From the NCBI RefSeq assembly GCF_963921235.1, contig NC_086105.1, forward strand, positions 102,796,001 to 102,860,000: 64,000 nt of DNA. Direction: 5' to 3'. The DNA comes from Mobula hypostoma (lineage: Eukaryota). The notes beneath the pieces are model-generated. The model saw only the letters and a program-made list of their open reading frames with translations, had not been told where the DNA came from and did no database searches. The translations under genes were made by a program, and so were the position numbers. Every line of letters begins with the position of its first letter. The first letter of the stretch is position 1. Positions 11,470 to 24,270 of the stretch are shown here, one piece after another.

Positions 11470-14400
11470 AGAACATAGAATAGTACAGCACAGTACAGGC
11501 CCTTGTTCCCACAATGTTGTGCTGACCCTTAAACCCTGCCTTCCATATAAACCTCTAGCTTAAATTCCTCCATATACCTGTCTAGCAGCCTCTTAAACTT
11601 CACTAGTGTATTTGCCTCCAGGCAGTGGAATGCACCAACCATTCTCTGAGTAAAATAAACCCCTCTAATATCCCCCTTGAAATTCCCACACCTTACCTTA
11701 AAGCCATGTCCTATTGTACTGAGCAGTTGTGCCCTGGGGAAGTGGTGCTGGCTATCCACTCTATCTATTCCTCTTAATATCTTGTATACCTCTATCATGT
11801 CTCCTCTCATCCTCCTTCTCTCCAAAGAGTAAAGCCCTAGTTCTCTCAATCTCTGATCATGATGCATACTCTCTAAACCAGGCAGCATATTGGTAAATCT
11901 CCTCTGTACCCTTTCCAATGCTTCCACACCTTTCCTATAGTGAGGCAACCAGAACTGGATGCAGTACTCCAAGTGTGGCCTAACCAGAGTTTTATAGAGC
12001 TGTACCATTACCCCACGACTTTTAAACTCTATCCCTCGACTTATGAAAGCTAACACTCCATAAGCTTTCTTAACTACCCTATCTACCTGTGAGGCAACTT
12101 TCAGGGATCTATGGACATGTACCCCCAGATCCCTCTGCTCCTCTGCACTTCCAAGTATCCTGCCATTTACTTTGTACTCTGCCTTGGAGTTTGTCCTTAC
12201 AAAGTGTACCACCTCACACTTCTCTGGGTTGAACTCCATCTGCCACTTCTCATCCCACTTCTGCATCCTATCGATGTCTCTCTGCAATCTTTGACAATCC
12301 TCTACACTATCTACAACACCACCAACCTTTCTGTCGTCTGCAAACTTGTCAACCCACCCTTCTACACCCACATCCAGGTTGTTAATAAAATTCACACAAA
12401 GTAGAGGTCCCAGATCCGATCCTTGTGGGACACCACTAGTCACAACCCTCCAATCTGAATGTACTCCTGCCACCACAAACCTCTGCTTTCTGCAGGCAAG
12501 CCAATTCTGAATCCGCCTGGCCAAACTTCCCTGGATCCCATGCCTTTTGACTTCCTGAATAAGCCTACCGTGTGGAACCTTGTCAAATGCCTTAGTAAAA
12601 TCCATATAGATCACATCCACTCTACTACCCTCATCTATATGCCTGGTCACCTCCTCAAGGAACTGCATCAGGCTTGTTAGACATGATCTGGCCTTCACAA
12701 AGCCATGCTGACTGTCCCTGTTCAGACCATGATTCTCTAAATGCTCATAGATCCTATCTCTAAGAATCTTTTCCAACAGCTTTCCCACCACAGACGTAAG
12801 GTTCACTGGTCTATAATTACCCGGACTATCCTTACTGTGTTTTTTGGACAAGGGGACAACATTCACCCCCTTCCGATCCTCTGGTACCATTCCCGTGGAC
12901 AACAGGGACATGAAGATCCCAGCCAGAGGCTCAGCAGTCTCTTCCCTCACCTCGTGGAGCAGCCTGGGGAATATTCCGTCAGGCCCCGGGGACTTATCTG
13001 TCCTAATGTATTTTAACAACTCCAACACCTCCTCTCCCTTAATATCAACATGCTCCAGAACATCAACCTCACTCATATCGTCCTCACCTTGGTAAATACC
13101 AAAGAGAAGTATTCATTGAGGACCTCGTTCACTTCCACAGCTTACAGGCACATCTCCCCACCTTTATCTCTAATTGGTCCTACCTTCACTCCTGTCATCA
13201 TTTTGTTCTTCACATAATTGAAGAATGCCTTGGGATTTTCCTTTACCCTACTCGCCAAGGCCTTCTCATGCCCCCTTCTTACTCTCCTCAGCCCCTTCTT
13301 AAGCTCCTTTCTTGCTACCCTATATTCCTCAATAGACCCATCTGATCCTTGCTTCCTATACCTCATGTATGCTGCCTTCTTCCACCTGACTAGATTTTCC
13401 ACCTCACTAGTCACCCATGGTTCCTTCACCCTACCATTCTTTATCTTCCTCACCGGGACAAATTTATCCCGAACATCCAGCAAGAGACCACATGTCCATA
13501 GTACATTTCCCTGCAAAAACATCATCCCAATTCACACCCGCAAGTTCTAGCCTTATAGCCTCATAATTTGCTCTTCCCCAATTAAAAATTTTCTTGTCCT
13601 CTCTGATTCTATCTTTTTCCATGATAATGCTAAAGGCCAGGGAGCGGTGGTTACTGTCTCCCAGAAGCTCACCCACTGAGAGATCTGTGACCTGACCCGG
13701 TTCGTTATCTAATACTAGATCTAGTATGGCATTCCCCGAGTTGGCCTGTCAACATATTGTGACAGGAATCTGTCCTGGACACACTTAACAGACTTTGTCC
13801 CATCTAAACCATTGGAACTAATCAGGTGCCAATCAATATTAGGGAAGTTAAAGTCACCCATGATAACAACCCTGTTATTTTTGCACCATTCCAAAAACTG
13901 CCTCCAAATCTGCTCCTCGATATCTCTGCTGCTACCAGGGGGCATATAGAATACTCCCAATAGAGTAACTGCTCCCTTCCTGTTCCTGACTTCTACCCAT
14001 ACTGACTCAAAAGAGGATCCTGCCACATTACCCACTCTTTCTGCAGCTGTAACAGCATCCCTGACCAGTAATGCTACCCTCCTCCCCTTTCTCCCCCCTC
14101 TCCATCCCATTTAAAGCACTAAAATCCAGGAATATTGAGAATCAATGCTTGTCCTGGTGCCAGCCAAGACTCTGTAATAGCCACTACATCATAATTTCAT
14201 GTATGTGTCCAAGCTCTCCTTTGTTCCTGATGCTTCTTGCATTGAAGTACACGAACTTTAGCCCTTCTACCTTACCACCTTTACAACCTTTATTCTGCTT
14301 CTCTTTCCTCAAAGCTTCTTTATATGTTAGATCTGGCTTTACTCCATGCACTATACTTGCAGTTCTTGCGTGACCTTTATCCTCCTCCACCTCACTATCT

Positions 14401-14527
14401 GCTCTAACACTCTGGTTTCCCCTCCCCCTGCAAATCTAGTTTAAACCTCCCGGAGCAGCAGTAGCAAATCTTCCTGCAAGGATATTAGTCCCCCTTCAGT
14501 TCAGGGGCAACCATGCTTGTTCAGGTT
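11470..14527 (-). mobile_element. CR1 LINE, 5'-truncated (APE and RT, frameshifted), copy A only
   Basis: ORFs 14184-14390, 13721-14110, 13142-13525 and 11529-13076 (DFTKAFDKV, GVPQGS, FADD). (TTCTATG)n tail; 8-bp TSD CAGGTCAT at 11462-11469 and 14528-14535; empty site at 54392. Confidence 0.92.
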
Positions 14528-14839
14528 CAGGTCATGCTTCTTCTCATTGCTACGATCAGTAGGGAGGCACAGAAGCCTGAAGGTACACACTCAGTGATTC
14601 AGGAACAGCTTCTTCTCCTCTGCCATCTGATTTCTGAACGGCCATTGAACCCATGAACACTATTTTTTATTTCTATTTTTGCACTACTTATTTAATTTAA
14701 CTACTTAATATATATACTTACTGTAATTCACATTTGTTCTATTATTTTGCATTGAATTGTATTGCTGCCACAAAGACAACAAATCTCACGACATATGTGG
14801 GTGATATTAAAATTGATTCTGATTCTGTTCCTGCAACAA

Positions 14840-15900
14840 TAACCTCTTCTCCTGTATCCAGCCCTCCTCCTTATCTTGGATACCCCGCTCTGGTTTTCTG
14901 CCTGCTCTGAATCTTTTCACTCCTCAATGCTCCTTGAACCGTGCCCCCTATGAACACACTGCCCTCTACTCTCTCCTCACTAATCCTAACCTTACCATTA
15001 AACCTGCAGTAAAATAGGGTGCTAGTGTGGTGTGGCAGACTGACCCCCACCTGGCTGAGGCTAGGCGGCAACTCTCAGATATTTCCTCTTACTTACCCCT
15101 TGGAAAGGACCCACTCAGGCTCATCAGGACATTGTCTCTGGCACCATCACTAATCTCATCAACTCTAGATGACTCATGGTTCACTTATGCCGCTCTGCAA
15201 ATTTCTACCTTCAACCCAAGATCCACAAACCTGACTGTTTGGGTAAGTCCATTGTCTCTGCCTATTCCTGTCCCACTGAACTCATGTCCACATACCTCAA
15301 CTCCATTCTCTCCCCGTTGGTTCAGTCCCTTCCCTCCTACATCCAAGACACTTCACATGCTCTCAACCTCTTCAACAAAATTCAATTCTCTGGCCTTGAC
15401 CACCTCATTTTCACCATGGATGTCCAGTCCCTTTTGTAACTCTATCCCCCATCAAGAAGGCCTTAAAACTCTCTGCTTGTTTCTCAGCAAAAGACCCAAC
15501 TAGTTCTGCTCCACCACCACCCTCCTTCGCCTGGCAGAACGGATCATCATGCTCAACAATTTCTCCTTTGGCTCTTCCAGTTTCTCAAGACTCAGTGGCA
15601 CCTTCATGGGCCTCAGCCTTGCCTGCCTTTTTGTTAGCTATGTAGAACAGTCCATGTTCCAAGCCTTCCCTGGTAATGCTGTCCCACTCATCCTGCGCTA
15701 TATTGACGATTATATTGGTGCTGTGTCATATACCCAATCTGAGCTCATAAATTTTGCCTTCAACTTACTCTCCACCCTTAAATTCACTTGGTCCATTTCT
15801 AACACCCTTTCTGGATCTTTCTGACACCATCTCTAGAGACAAACTGTTTATTGATATCTTTTTGTAAACATACTCATTCCCATGACGACCTTGATTATAT
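14840..15900 (+). mobile_element. Old Penelope-like retroelement RT remnant (also fragment at 11125-11290)
   Basis: ORFs 15176-15439 (YLQPKIHKPD...IVS...FTMDVQSL) and 15549-15824 (RYIDDYIG...LKFT). Confidence 0.8.
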
Positions 15901-16327
15901 GTATGCAGTCCTCCAAGAGGTCCACAAACTTGTCATAGGATTTGGAGGCTTGCATGTCCCAATGACCCAGAGAGTTATGTTGGCTGGAGTCAGTGCTTTA
16001 TGTTTTGACCGATGCTAGAGTCACCCATGCCAAACAGGTCAAAGGGCAGAAGCCAGACTAGAGTGGTCCACAGGTCTCCAGGTTCGGGGGTTCAACTCAG
16101 GGCTAACAACTCTGACTGGTAAAATAAAACTGTTATGGAAACAGCAATGAAAAGTCCTTCTACATCTGAATACAATGGTATTCCTGAGACTTCACCTGGA
16201 ACTTGCATGAGTGACAGTAGTAAAAACCGAGCTACTGACACGATGAAGGATGCCCTGAACACCGCTAGAGATGGAGGACCTTCATTACTGCCATAAACGC
16301 CAGTAGGGTAACAGGCTATGCTATGTA

Positions 16328-16742
16328 TACACTCCATGATACTTTATAAGGTAGCTACTGTATCTAATATAGTGGCCACTTGGCATATTTTTGTGGTCTC
16401 TGCTGCTTTTGCCTAACCACCTCAAGGTTCCACAAGTAGTGCACTCAAAAATGGTCTTCTGCCGATCAATCTTGTAGCATGTGGTTATTTGAATTACTGT
16501 CACCTTCCTGTCAGCTTGAGACAGTCTGGCCATTCTCCACTGACCTCTCCCATTAAGAAGGCGTTTTTGCCGACAGAACTACTGCTTAGTGGACGTTTTT
16601 GTTTCGTGCACCACGCTCACACTCGTGACCAGCGTCGAAACTCTTGACCATATCTGCATGTTTTTATGCATTGAGTTGCTGAAACATGACTGGCTGATTA
16701 GCAGGTGTACAGGTGTGCCTAATCAAGTGGCCACTGAGAGTA
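16328..16742 (-). mobile_element. Tc1/mariner internally deleted element
   Basis: Degenerate terminal inverted repeats (TIRs; tacactc...ttata aggta / gtgcctaatcaagtggccactgag). ORF 16321-16533 resembles the Tc1 HTH region. Confidence 0.6.
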
Positions 16743-17417
16743 GGCCACTGTTAACTACCTGTACAGTGACATTCATTTTCTTACTGGCATTCATAGTAGA
16801 ACAAATAAATACAATCAAATCAATGAAAAACCACACACAAACAAAGACTGACAACCAAAGGGCAAAAGAAGACAAACTGAGCAAATACAATAAATGAATA
16901 AATAGTATTGAGAATTTGAGTCCTTGAAAGTGAGTACACAGGTTGTGGAATCGGTTCAGTGTTGAGATGAGTAAAGTTATCCAAATTGATTCAGGAGGCT
17001 GATGGATCAAGGATAATAACTGTTCATGAACTTCGTGATGTGTGACTTGAGGATCCTGTATATCCTTCCTGATGGTAACAGTGAGAAGCCAGCATGGCCT
17101 ACTGATATGAAATTCCATTATCATATTCAGTGGGTTACTGTCAATACTGAATGAAGTAGCTCAGTAAAGAATTCAGTTGACCACAGTTGCTACAACACAT
17201 TGGTTACCGAATACAATTATCACACCATCTCCCTAAAGACAAGGTTTTCCTGACACTTTCATCCAGATCAATAATGAGAATAATAAAGGAACATCAGTTT
17301 CCATCTCAGGGCCGAAACACTGAGAGATGGCGATTCAAACTGATTCATCCACAATCATTTTGACTTCTGAACACAATTCATCAGTTTAATAACTTTTAGC
17401 TTTAGACATTATTCTTT

Positions 17418-17453
<36 letters not shown>
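17418..17453. repeat. (TA)n microsatellite forming the element tail
   Basis: tatatata... run with one g interruption. Confidence 0.9.
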
Positions 17454-18027
17454 ATTTTTATTGAGTTTTCAAAGTGAATACATGGGAAAATAATATCTAC
17501 CCTCCCCCCTCCCCTTAACCCTCCCCCCCCCGCAATATATACTCCTACCTAAAGAGAAAAGAAAAAAAAGAACCACCTGAATATTGGAAGGTTTGCACAT
17601 GCTCCATGGGATTAAAAATAAATTTTATATATATTTGTTACTTTCCCCAAGGAACCAAGATCTTTATCATCGGAGCTGTAAATAAGGGCACCAAATATTC
17701 AAAAATGTTTCATGCTTATCTCTTAAAATCTAAAACATTACTTAGCTTCTCAACTCTCATAGTTCCCTGGGGAATCTCTTTGAATTTCACCATGTTGCTA
17801 TGTGTTTTCCTCCCAATCATCCAGGCAAAAAGAAAAAAAAGATAGATTAGATACAAAAAAAGAAAAAACAAAATACCCCCCCACTAATGTTGTGAATGAA
17901 AAGATGCACAACACTACTCCCCTCCATTTTGCGGGTCGTGGCTATTACCACGCTTGCACACATGAATAACATAGCGATTGGTCAGTATTTCTTCCAGCTC
18001 CCCCGCAACAAAAAATTGTATATATAT

Positions 18028-18885
18028 TGTTACGAGAATACACATAAAATTAAGATGTTTGCTGGCCTGGGCTAGCATCAGTGGCATCAGCAGTTGGCCT
18101 GCCACCTGCCCTCAGGGGAAGGAGAGATAAGGAACAATGGAGCAGCGTCTGGAGATGTGTAATGAAGGAATGTGGGAGAGAGAGCTGTCTGGAGCGGCTC
18201 CCCTCTTTGAACCTTGAACTGTTTGAAGTGATGGACAGGTGATACCCCAGCAGGGGGATAAAAGGGACAGGTTCGCTAAGACAGGGACACACGCCACCCG
18301 AGGTAACGAAACCCTGGAAGCGGTGCGCCTCTCATGAGTGGGTGAGAAGTGCCAGACAACGACAAGGGTGAAAAGGTACGATCAGCGGGAACCCGGTGTG
18401 TGTCCGCCCTTGCCTGGGTGCCGGGTTCACTGCAGAGGATCGACCGCATCTGGAGGAGGGGTCACAGTCGGTGACCTCAGGTGACATCACCAAGGACCCG
18501 CCCAAATGCTGTTTGTGAGCCATCTCGCTGGTCTGTGAGTGAAGCCGTTCTGAATGGTCAGTTGTTCCTATTCTATGTCTCTCTTCCCCCACCTTGTCCA
18601 TCGCCATGGCAACGATTACTGCGAACTGAACTACTAACTGGACTGAACTTTGAGTCATTTTGAAATTGGTCATTTACCCCTAGACAACGATAGAGCTTGA
18701 TTGATGCTGTTATCTTAATTCTGTGCACATGTGTGGTTATCATTGTTGAATTGTTGCATTTATTATCCTTTCGATTACTGTGTTGCTTGTTTCTTTAATA
18801 AAACTTTCTTAGTTCTAGTACTCCAGACTCCAACTGAGTGATCCATTTCTGCTGGTTTGGCAACCCAGTTACGGGGTACGTAACA
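18028..18885 (+). mobile_element. Solo LTR (probably Gypsy-type) nested in the L1 derivative
   Basis: TGTTACG...CGTAACA termini; 4-bp TSD ATAT (18024-18027, 18886-18889); internal AATAAA 18797-18802; 858 bp. Confidence 0.85.
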
Positions 18886-19031
18886 ATATAAAAAAAATTA
18901 ATGTCATTATTCCCAGCTAGTATTCCTCAAATTTTAACCTTTCTTCCCCTCCCTCATATAATTAATAATGTATTTATATATTCATCCGCCTAAAAATCCA
19001 ACAGGCCTAATCCTTGATCCAGTCTTCATCT

Positions 19032-20078
19032 TCAATCCATCTCGCTCCCCTGGGTTTGTTCTTGTACCTGGTGAATAATCAAAGAATCTCGCACAAACTC
19101 CTCCGCTTTCCGGTAATCATCAAAAAATCTTTTTTCTCCACCAGCCAAAAAAATCTTCAAGGTTGCAGGATAACGCAATATAAATTGATAACCGTGATCC
19201 CATAGGGCTTTTTTCACTGGATTAAATTTCTTCCTTCTTTTCAAAAGTTCATAACTTATGTCAGGGTAGAAAAGAATTTTCTTCCCTTCTATCATCAGTG
19301 GCCCTTTTCTCTTCTTGGCAGCTTGGGCAACTGCCTGTAGAATCCTTTCTTTGTCTTGAAATCTTAAGAAATTTACTAAAATTGATCGTGGATATTGGTC
19401 ATCTTGTGGTTTTGGTCTTAGAGGTCTATGTACCCGCTCAATTTCAATTGATCGGTCTTCCTCTTTCATTTGCAAGGTTTTCGGGATCCATCTTTGAAAA
19501 AATTCTATTGGATTATCTCCCTCTATACCTTCTTTAAGACCAACAATTTTAATATTATTACGTCTACTAAAATTTTCCAACACGTCCACTTTCTCCAAGA
19601 GTCGATTTCTTTCCGTGTTCCAAACAAGCACATCATTTTCTGTTTTTTCCACTCTATCGTTAATATGCTCCATTGTTCTTTCCATCTTCTGAAGTTTCTT
19701 ATCCATTTTATCCTGTCTTTTCATAGCTTTATCATAGCACATCTTCACGTCTCTAAGCTCTGTTAATTTTCTTAGTTCAGCCGTTAATTGCAATAAAGCC
19801 TCTCTTATGTCTCTGCCGTCTCCTTTACTTCCAGTCACTTCCAGTTCTTCCTCCTCTTCTTCATCTGTATTCTCTGCGGTATCCAATTCTGACTCTGAGT
19901 TACTTTCGGTTGCAGTGGTCGTCGGTTCTTGTAGTTTAAATTGTGTCAATTTGCGCATGCGCATTTCCAGCATCTTCTTCCGAGAGACCGCTACCGCCAC
20001 CATTGCTCCCTGTTTTTCTACGCCAGAGATAAAATGCGTCTCCTCCGAAGGAGATCCAACCTGAATCCGAGGCTCCAT
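19032..20078 (-). CDS. L1 ORF1p-like protein (coiled coil, RRM, CTD), 348 aa
   Basis: Motifs LENFSRRNNIKIVGLKEG, EIERVHR, PRSILVNFLRFQDKERIL, FYPDIS and LRYPATLKI. Confidence 0.85.
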   Translation of the reverse strand: MEPRIQVGSPSEETHFISGVEKQGAMVAVAVSRKKMLEMRMRKLTQFKLQEPTTTATESNSESELDTAENTDEEEEEELEVTGSKGDGRDIREALLQLTAELRKLTELRDVKMCYDKAMKRQDKMDKKLQKMERTMEHINDRVEKTENDVLVWNTERNRLLEKVDVLENFSRRNNIKIVGLKEGIEGDNPIEFFQRWIPKTLQMKEEDRSIEIERVHRPLRPKPQDDQYPRSILVNFLRFQDKERILQAVAQAAKKRKGPLMIEGKKILFYPDISYELLKRRKKFNPVKKALWDHGYQFILRYPATLKIFLAGGEKRFFDDYRKAEEFVRDSLIIHQVQEQTQGSEMD

Positions 20079-21089
20079 CGCTGCAGTAGGTCATTTTTTC
20101 TTCCCATCTCACGGCGACTTCACAACAACAGACTTCTTCTGTTGCGGTTTACGAGGCATATCGTAGAGTAGTCTTACGAAGTTTATAAGTAGTTTTCGGA
20201 ACTTGGCTGATTTTTTACGGGAGAGCTGGATTTACACGTCTCAATCCCATGTCATCACGTGACGCTCCCTTAGACATTATTCTTAAAATGTTTTATGTAT
20301 TATAAAGTTAGAACACAATCTTGATAAGCAAGTACTAAGCATTCCTTCAAAACTGATAGTTTGCAGTAACCTGCATTAATTTTTCTGAGCAGATAACCAG
20401 TTTTCCTGAGCAGATAATTGTGACACAAGAGTCTGCAGATGCTGGAATCTGGAAGAACAAAAAATCTGCTGGAGGAACTCAAGAGAACAAGCAGCATCTG
20501 TGGGGGAGGGAACTATTAATGTTTCAGTTGAAAACCCTGCACCAAGATTATAGTATTTTGGATACTCATTGCTTTATTTTCTGATCATATTGAGCTCTTC
20601 GAATGGCATCTCCTGCTGTTAGGATTCTCCAAGGTTTGGCATTGAACTTGACCATCAACCAATAATAAACAATACCTTTTTTCTGTCCTTCTTGAAAGCA
20701 CTTTCTGAAGTAAATCAACTTGCTTGTCTGAATTGACTTCTGTCAGTGGCACATTCATCAAACATTGCATGGGGGCATACTATTGAGAGAGGGAGACTTC
20801 TTGAATACTCTTGGGATAATTGAATTTTACTCCCCAGTGCTGTACTGTGCTCATTCCTTCAGATCTTGTCCCATTCTCCACATGTGGCACCAAACCTCTC
20901 ACCAAAAAATAAATGACAGAAACACCCTGCAGTCAAGCAGTATCTGTGCAAAAAGAAACAGAGTTAACTTTCCATGTCAAAGACCCATCAGCAGAACTGG
21001 GAAAGACAGAAATGAGTGAGTCGAGGTAGTGGAGAAGGTGGATGAAGATGATGGCTGGAACAAGGGGAATTTCTCTGATGGGGTGAAAT

Positions 21090-24000
21090 AGAACATAGAA
21101 CACTGAACATCGTACAGTTCAGCACAGTAAAGGCTCTTTTACTAATGATGTTGTGTCGACCCTTTATCCGACTCCAAGGTCAATCTAACCTTTCCCTCCC
21201 AGACAACCCTCCATTTTTCCTTCCTTCATGTGCATATCTAACAGTTTCTGGCTCTATCACTACTCTGGCAGCGGATTTTGTGCACTTAATATTCTCTGTG
21301 TATAAACACCTGCCTCTGACTTCCCCTTAGACAGCAGGGTTCAAACACCCATCAACCTCTGTGTAAAAACACCAGCCTCTGACATCCCCTTAGACAGCAG
21401 AGTTCAAACACCCATCACTCTCTGTGTAAAAAACACCAGCCTCTGACATCCCCTTAGACAGCAGGGTTCAAACACCCACCACTCTCTGTGTAAAAACACT
21501 GGCCTCTGACATCCTCTTGGACTTTCCTCTCAACACCTTAAAATTATGTCTCCTTGTAAAAGAGATGTTTTGTGCCCAAGAAAAAAGACTGTCCATGCAC
21601 TCAATCTATGCCTCTTATCATCTTGTATGACTTTATCTAGTCACCTCTCATTTTCTTTCTTTACAAAGAGAAAGGCCATAGCTCACTCAACCTATCCTTT
21701 TAATGCTTATACTGCAAATGTGAAGGATCTATGGATGGGAACCACAAGATCCCTCTGTTCCACTTCACTATTAAGAATCCTGCACCAACCTTGTATTCTG
21801 CCTTCAAGTTTGACATTCCAAAGTAAATTACTTCACACTTTCCCAGATTGAACTCCATTAACCATTTCTCAGGTCAGCTCTGCATCCTATCAATGTCCTA
21901 CTGTAACCTATGACAACCTTCTTCTCTATCCACAACACTGCCAAACTTCCAGTTGTGTGGAAACTTACTAACCACCCTTCTACTGACTCATCCACCATTT
22001 ATAAAATTCATAAAGAGAAGGGATCCTAGAAGAAATCCCTATGGGATACTAACCTCCAGGCCACTAATCTCCAGGCAGGATATGTTCCATCTACTACCAA
22101 CCTCTGCTTTCTGTGGACAAGTTAATTCTGAATCCACCCAGTTAAATTTTCCTGGATCCTTGCCTCCTTTCTAAATGTGCCTACCATGGTGACCATTGTC
22201 AAATAACTTACCAAAATCTATATACACCAAATCCACTTCTCTGTTCTCATAGATTTGTTTTGTGATATCCTCAAAGAATTCAATCAGAACTGTGAGGCAA
22301 GACCTACCTCTTATAAAGTCATATTGTTTATCCCTAATCAGAATATGCTTCTCTACATGGTTGTCGATTGTGTCTCTAAGATTGCTTTCCAATATTTTAC
22401 CCACCACTGATGTAAAACTCACTGGTCTATAACTCCCAGCATTATCCCTATTACATTTGCCACCCTCCAATCCTCTGGTACTATTCCTGTGGCGAGTGAG
22501 GATGCAAACATCATTGTCAGATGTGTAACAATCTCTTCCCTCATTTCTCATAATAACTTTGAGTATATCCTGTCCAAGCCTGGGGACTTACCTATCCTAA
22601 AGTTTTCCAAAAGTTCTAGTGGATCCTCTTTCTTAATGTCAACGTGTCTTAGTTTATCAGCTTGTCCTAAACTGACCTCTCTTTTATCAAGTTTCTTCTT
22701 GCTTGTGATTACTGAAGCAAAAGATTCATTAAGGAGCTCCACTACCTCCTCCAGCTCGGGGCATGTTTCCTCTTTTGTCCCTGATCTGTCCAGTCTTCAT
22801 GTTTGTGTCTAATAACATCATAACTCTCCCTCCACAATTTTACAATTTCTTCTAAAATCCACTCCGGTCCATGTCAAAGGTTATGGTAAAGGTCAGGGAG
22901 TTGTGGTCACTGTCTTCACAATGTTCACCTGCCAAGAGATCTGTCTCCTCTCCTGGTTTAACGTCTTGTACCAGATCCAATTTTCAGGTCAAGGAGCATC
23001 ATATGGGGATCAACCAAGTTCACACCAAGGTGTAGTAATCCAATCATAATCAAGAGAAAATCTGCAGATGCTGGAAATCCTGCTGAAGGGTCTCAGCCCA
23101 AAACATTGATTGTAATTTTTTCCATAGAGGCTGCCTTGCCTGCTGAGTTCCTCCAGCATTTTGTGTGTGTTCCAAGAGCTGCGTTCTGTCCACACTCTAG
23201 TATGGATCAGAGTGACCTTGTCAAGCTGTTGTCATTCCACACCAGGAGTCTCAGGAAGACTCTCTGTACTTTTTGGCAAAGAAAGATCTCCAACCAAGCC
23301 CGACCCCTGCAGTGTCATCATGAAGAAACACTGGCAATAGATTGGGCATGTGATGAGAAGAAAGGCCAACTCCATCACCAAGATGACATGTCATTGGACC
23401 CCTGAAGAGTGGAGGAAACACGGGAGACCAAAGATAAATTGCTGCTGTGATGTAGAGGCTGAAATGAGGCCCTGAATCACACCTGGAGCACAACAGAGAA
23501 GATGGCCAAAGATAGACAGAGATGGAGGATCTTCATTACTGCCCCCTAAATGCCAGCAGCGTAATGAGCAGTAAGTAAGTACCTGATCCAGTAAGGGCTT
23601 TCCTCTAGTTGGCTTTACTCCATACCGAGTCAGGAATCCTTCCTGAACATACCTAACAAATTCTGCCTCATCTAAACGTTTTGCTATACGGAGATGTCAA
23701 TCAATATAAAGGACGCTGAAGCCACTGATGACAACAAAGATGCTGTTCTTACATTTTTTCAAAATCTGCCACCTGATCTGATCCACAGTGTCTCTGTTGC
23801 TATTAAGGGAGTCCATAGAATACCACCAATAGTGTAGTTGTTTCCTTACTGTTTTCACTTCCAACCACAGACTCAGAAGTTGATTTCTTCAGGAGATCTG
23901 CGTTGTTATACTATCCCTGATTAGCAATGCCACTCCTCTCTCCCTGTCTCTTTTGAAACATCTGGACCCCAGAACATCCTCCAACCATTCCTGCTCTTGT

Positions 24001-24270
24001 GACAGGCAATTGTCATGCTATAAGTGAAGCACAACCACATCCAGTGAGGATCCATGTAATGGAACTGTATCCAGTTAGGATCAGTGATGTAACCACTATA
24101 AGTTCATCACCCTTGTTCCTGTTAATATCATTACAACAGATACTTTTCAACCCATCCAACGATCCTGCAATAATGCCCATTCCACCGCCTATCCTGCCTC
24201 GCAGTCTCTCTACAGGCTGCATTTACCTTTACAACAATGGCCCCATTCTCTGACCTATCACTCTGGTTCC
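21090..24270 (-). mobile_element. Old degraded CR1 LINE with nested Penelope-terminal and RTE-like fragments; paralogue at about 55860-58680
   Basis: ORFs 22171-22551 (YRPVSFTSVVGKILE...VDLVYIDFGK) and 22548-22742 (KSPGLD); RTE-like 3' end with an agtaagtaagt tail at about 23330-23580. Confidence 0.75.
21312..21515 (+). repeat. 63-64 bp minisatellite, about 3.3 copies
   Basis: Unit gcctctgacatccccttagacagcagggttcaaacacccatcactctctgtgtaaaaacacca starts at 21312, 21375, 21439 and 21502. Confidence 0.9.

Larger units (their letters stand above)
17417..20269 (-). mobile_element. L1-clade element with ORF1 only (HAL1-like), full length between TSDs
   Basis: 15-bp TSD TTAGACATTATTCTT at 17402-17416 and 20270-20284; AATAAA plus (AT)n tail; ORF 19032-20078 is L1 ORF1p-like; no ORF2. 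Confidence 0.85.

Noticed and set aside
21312-21515. Regularly spaced repeats resembling a CRISPR array
   Set aside because: Eukaryotic DNA, contiguous tandem units with no unique spacers.
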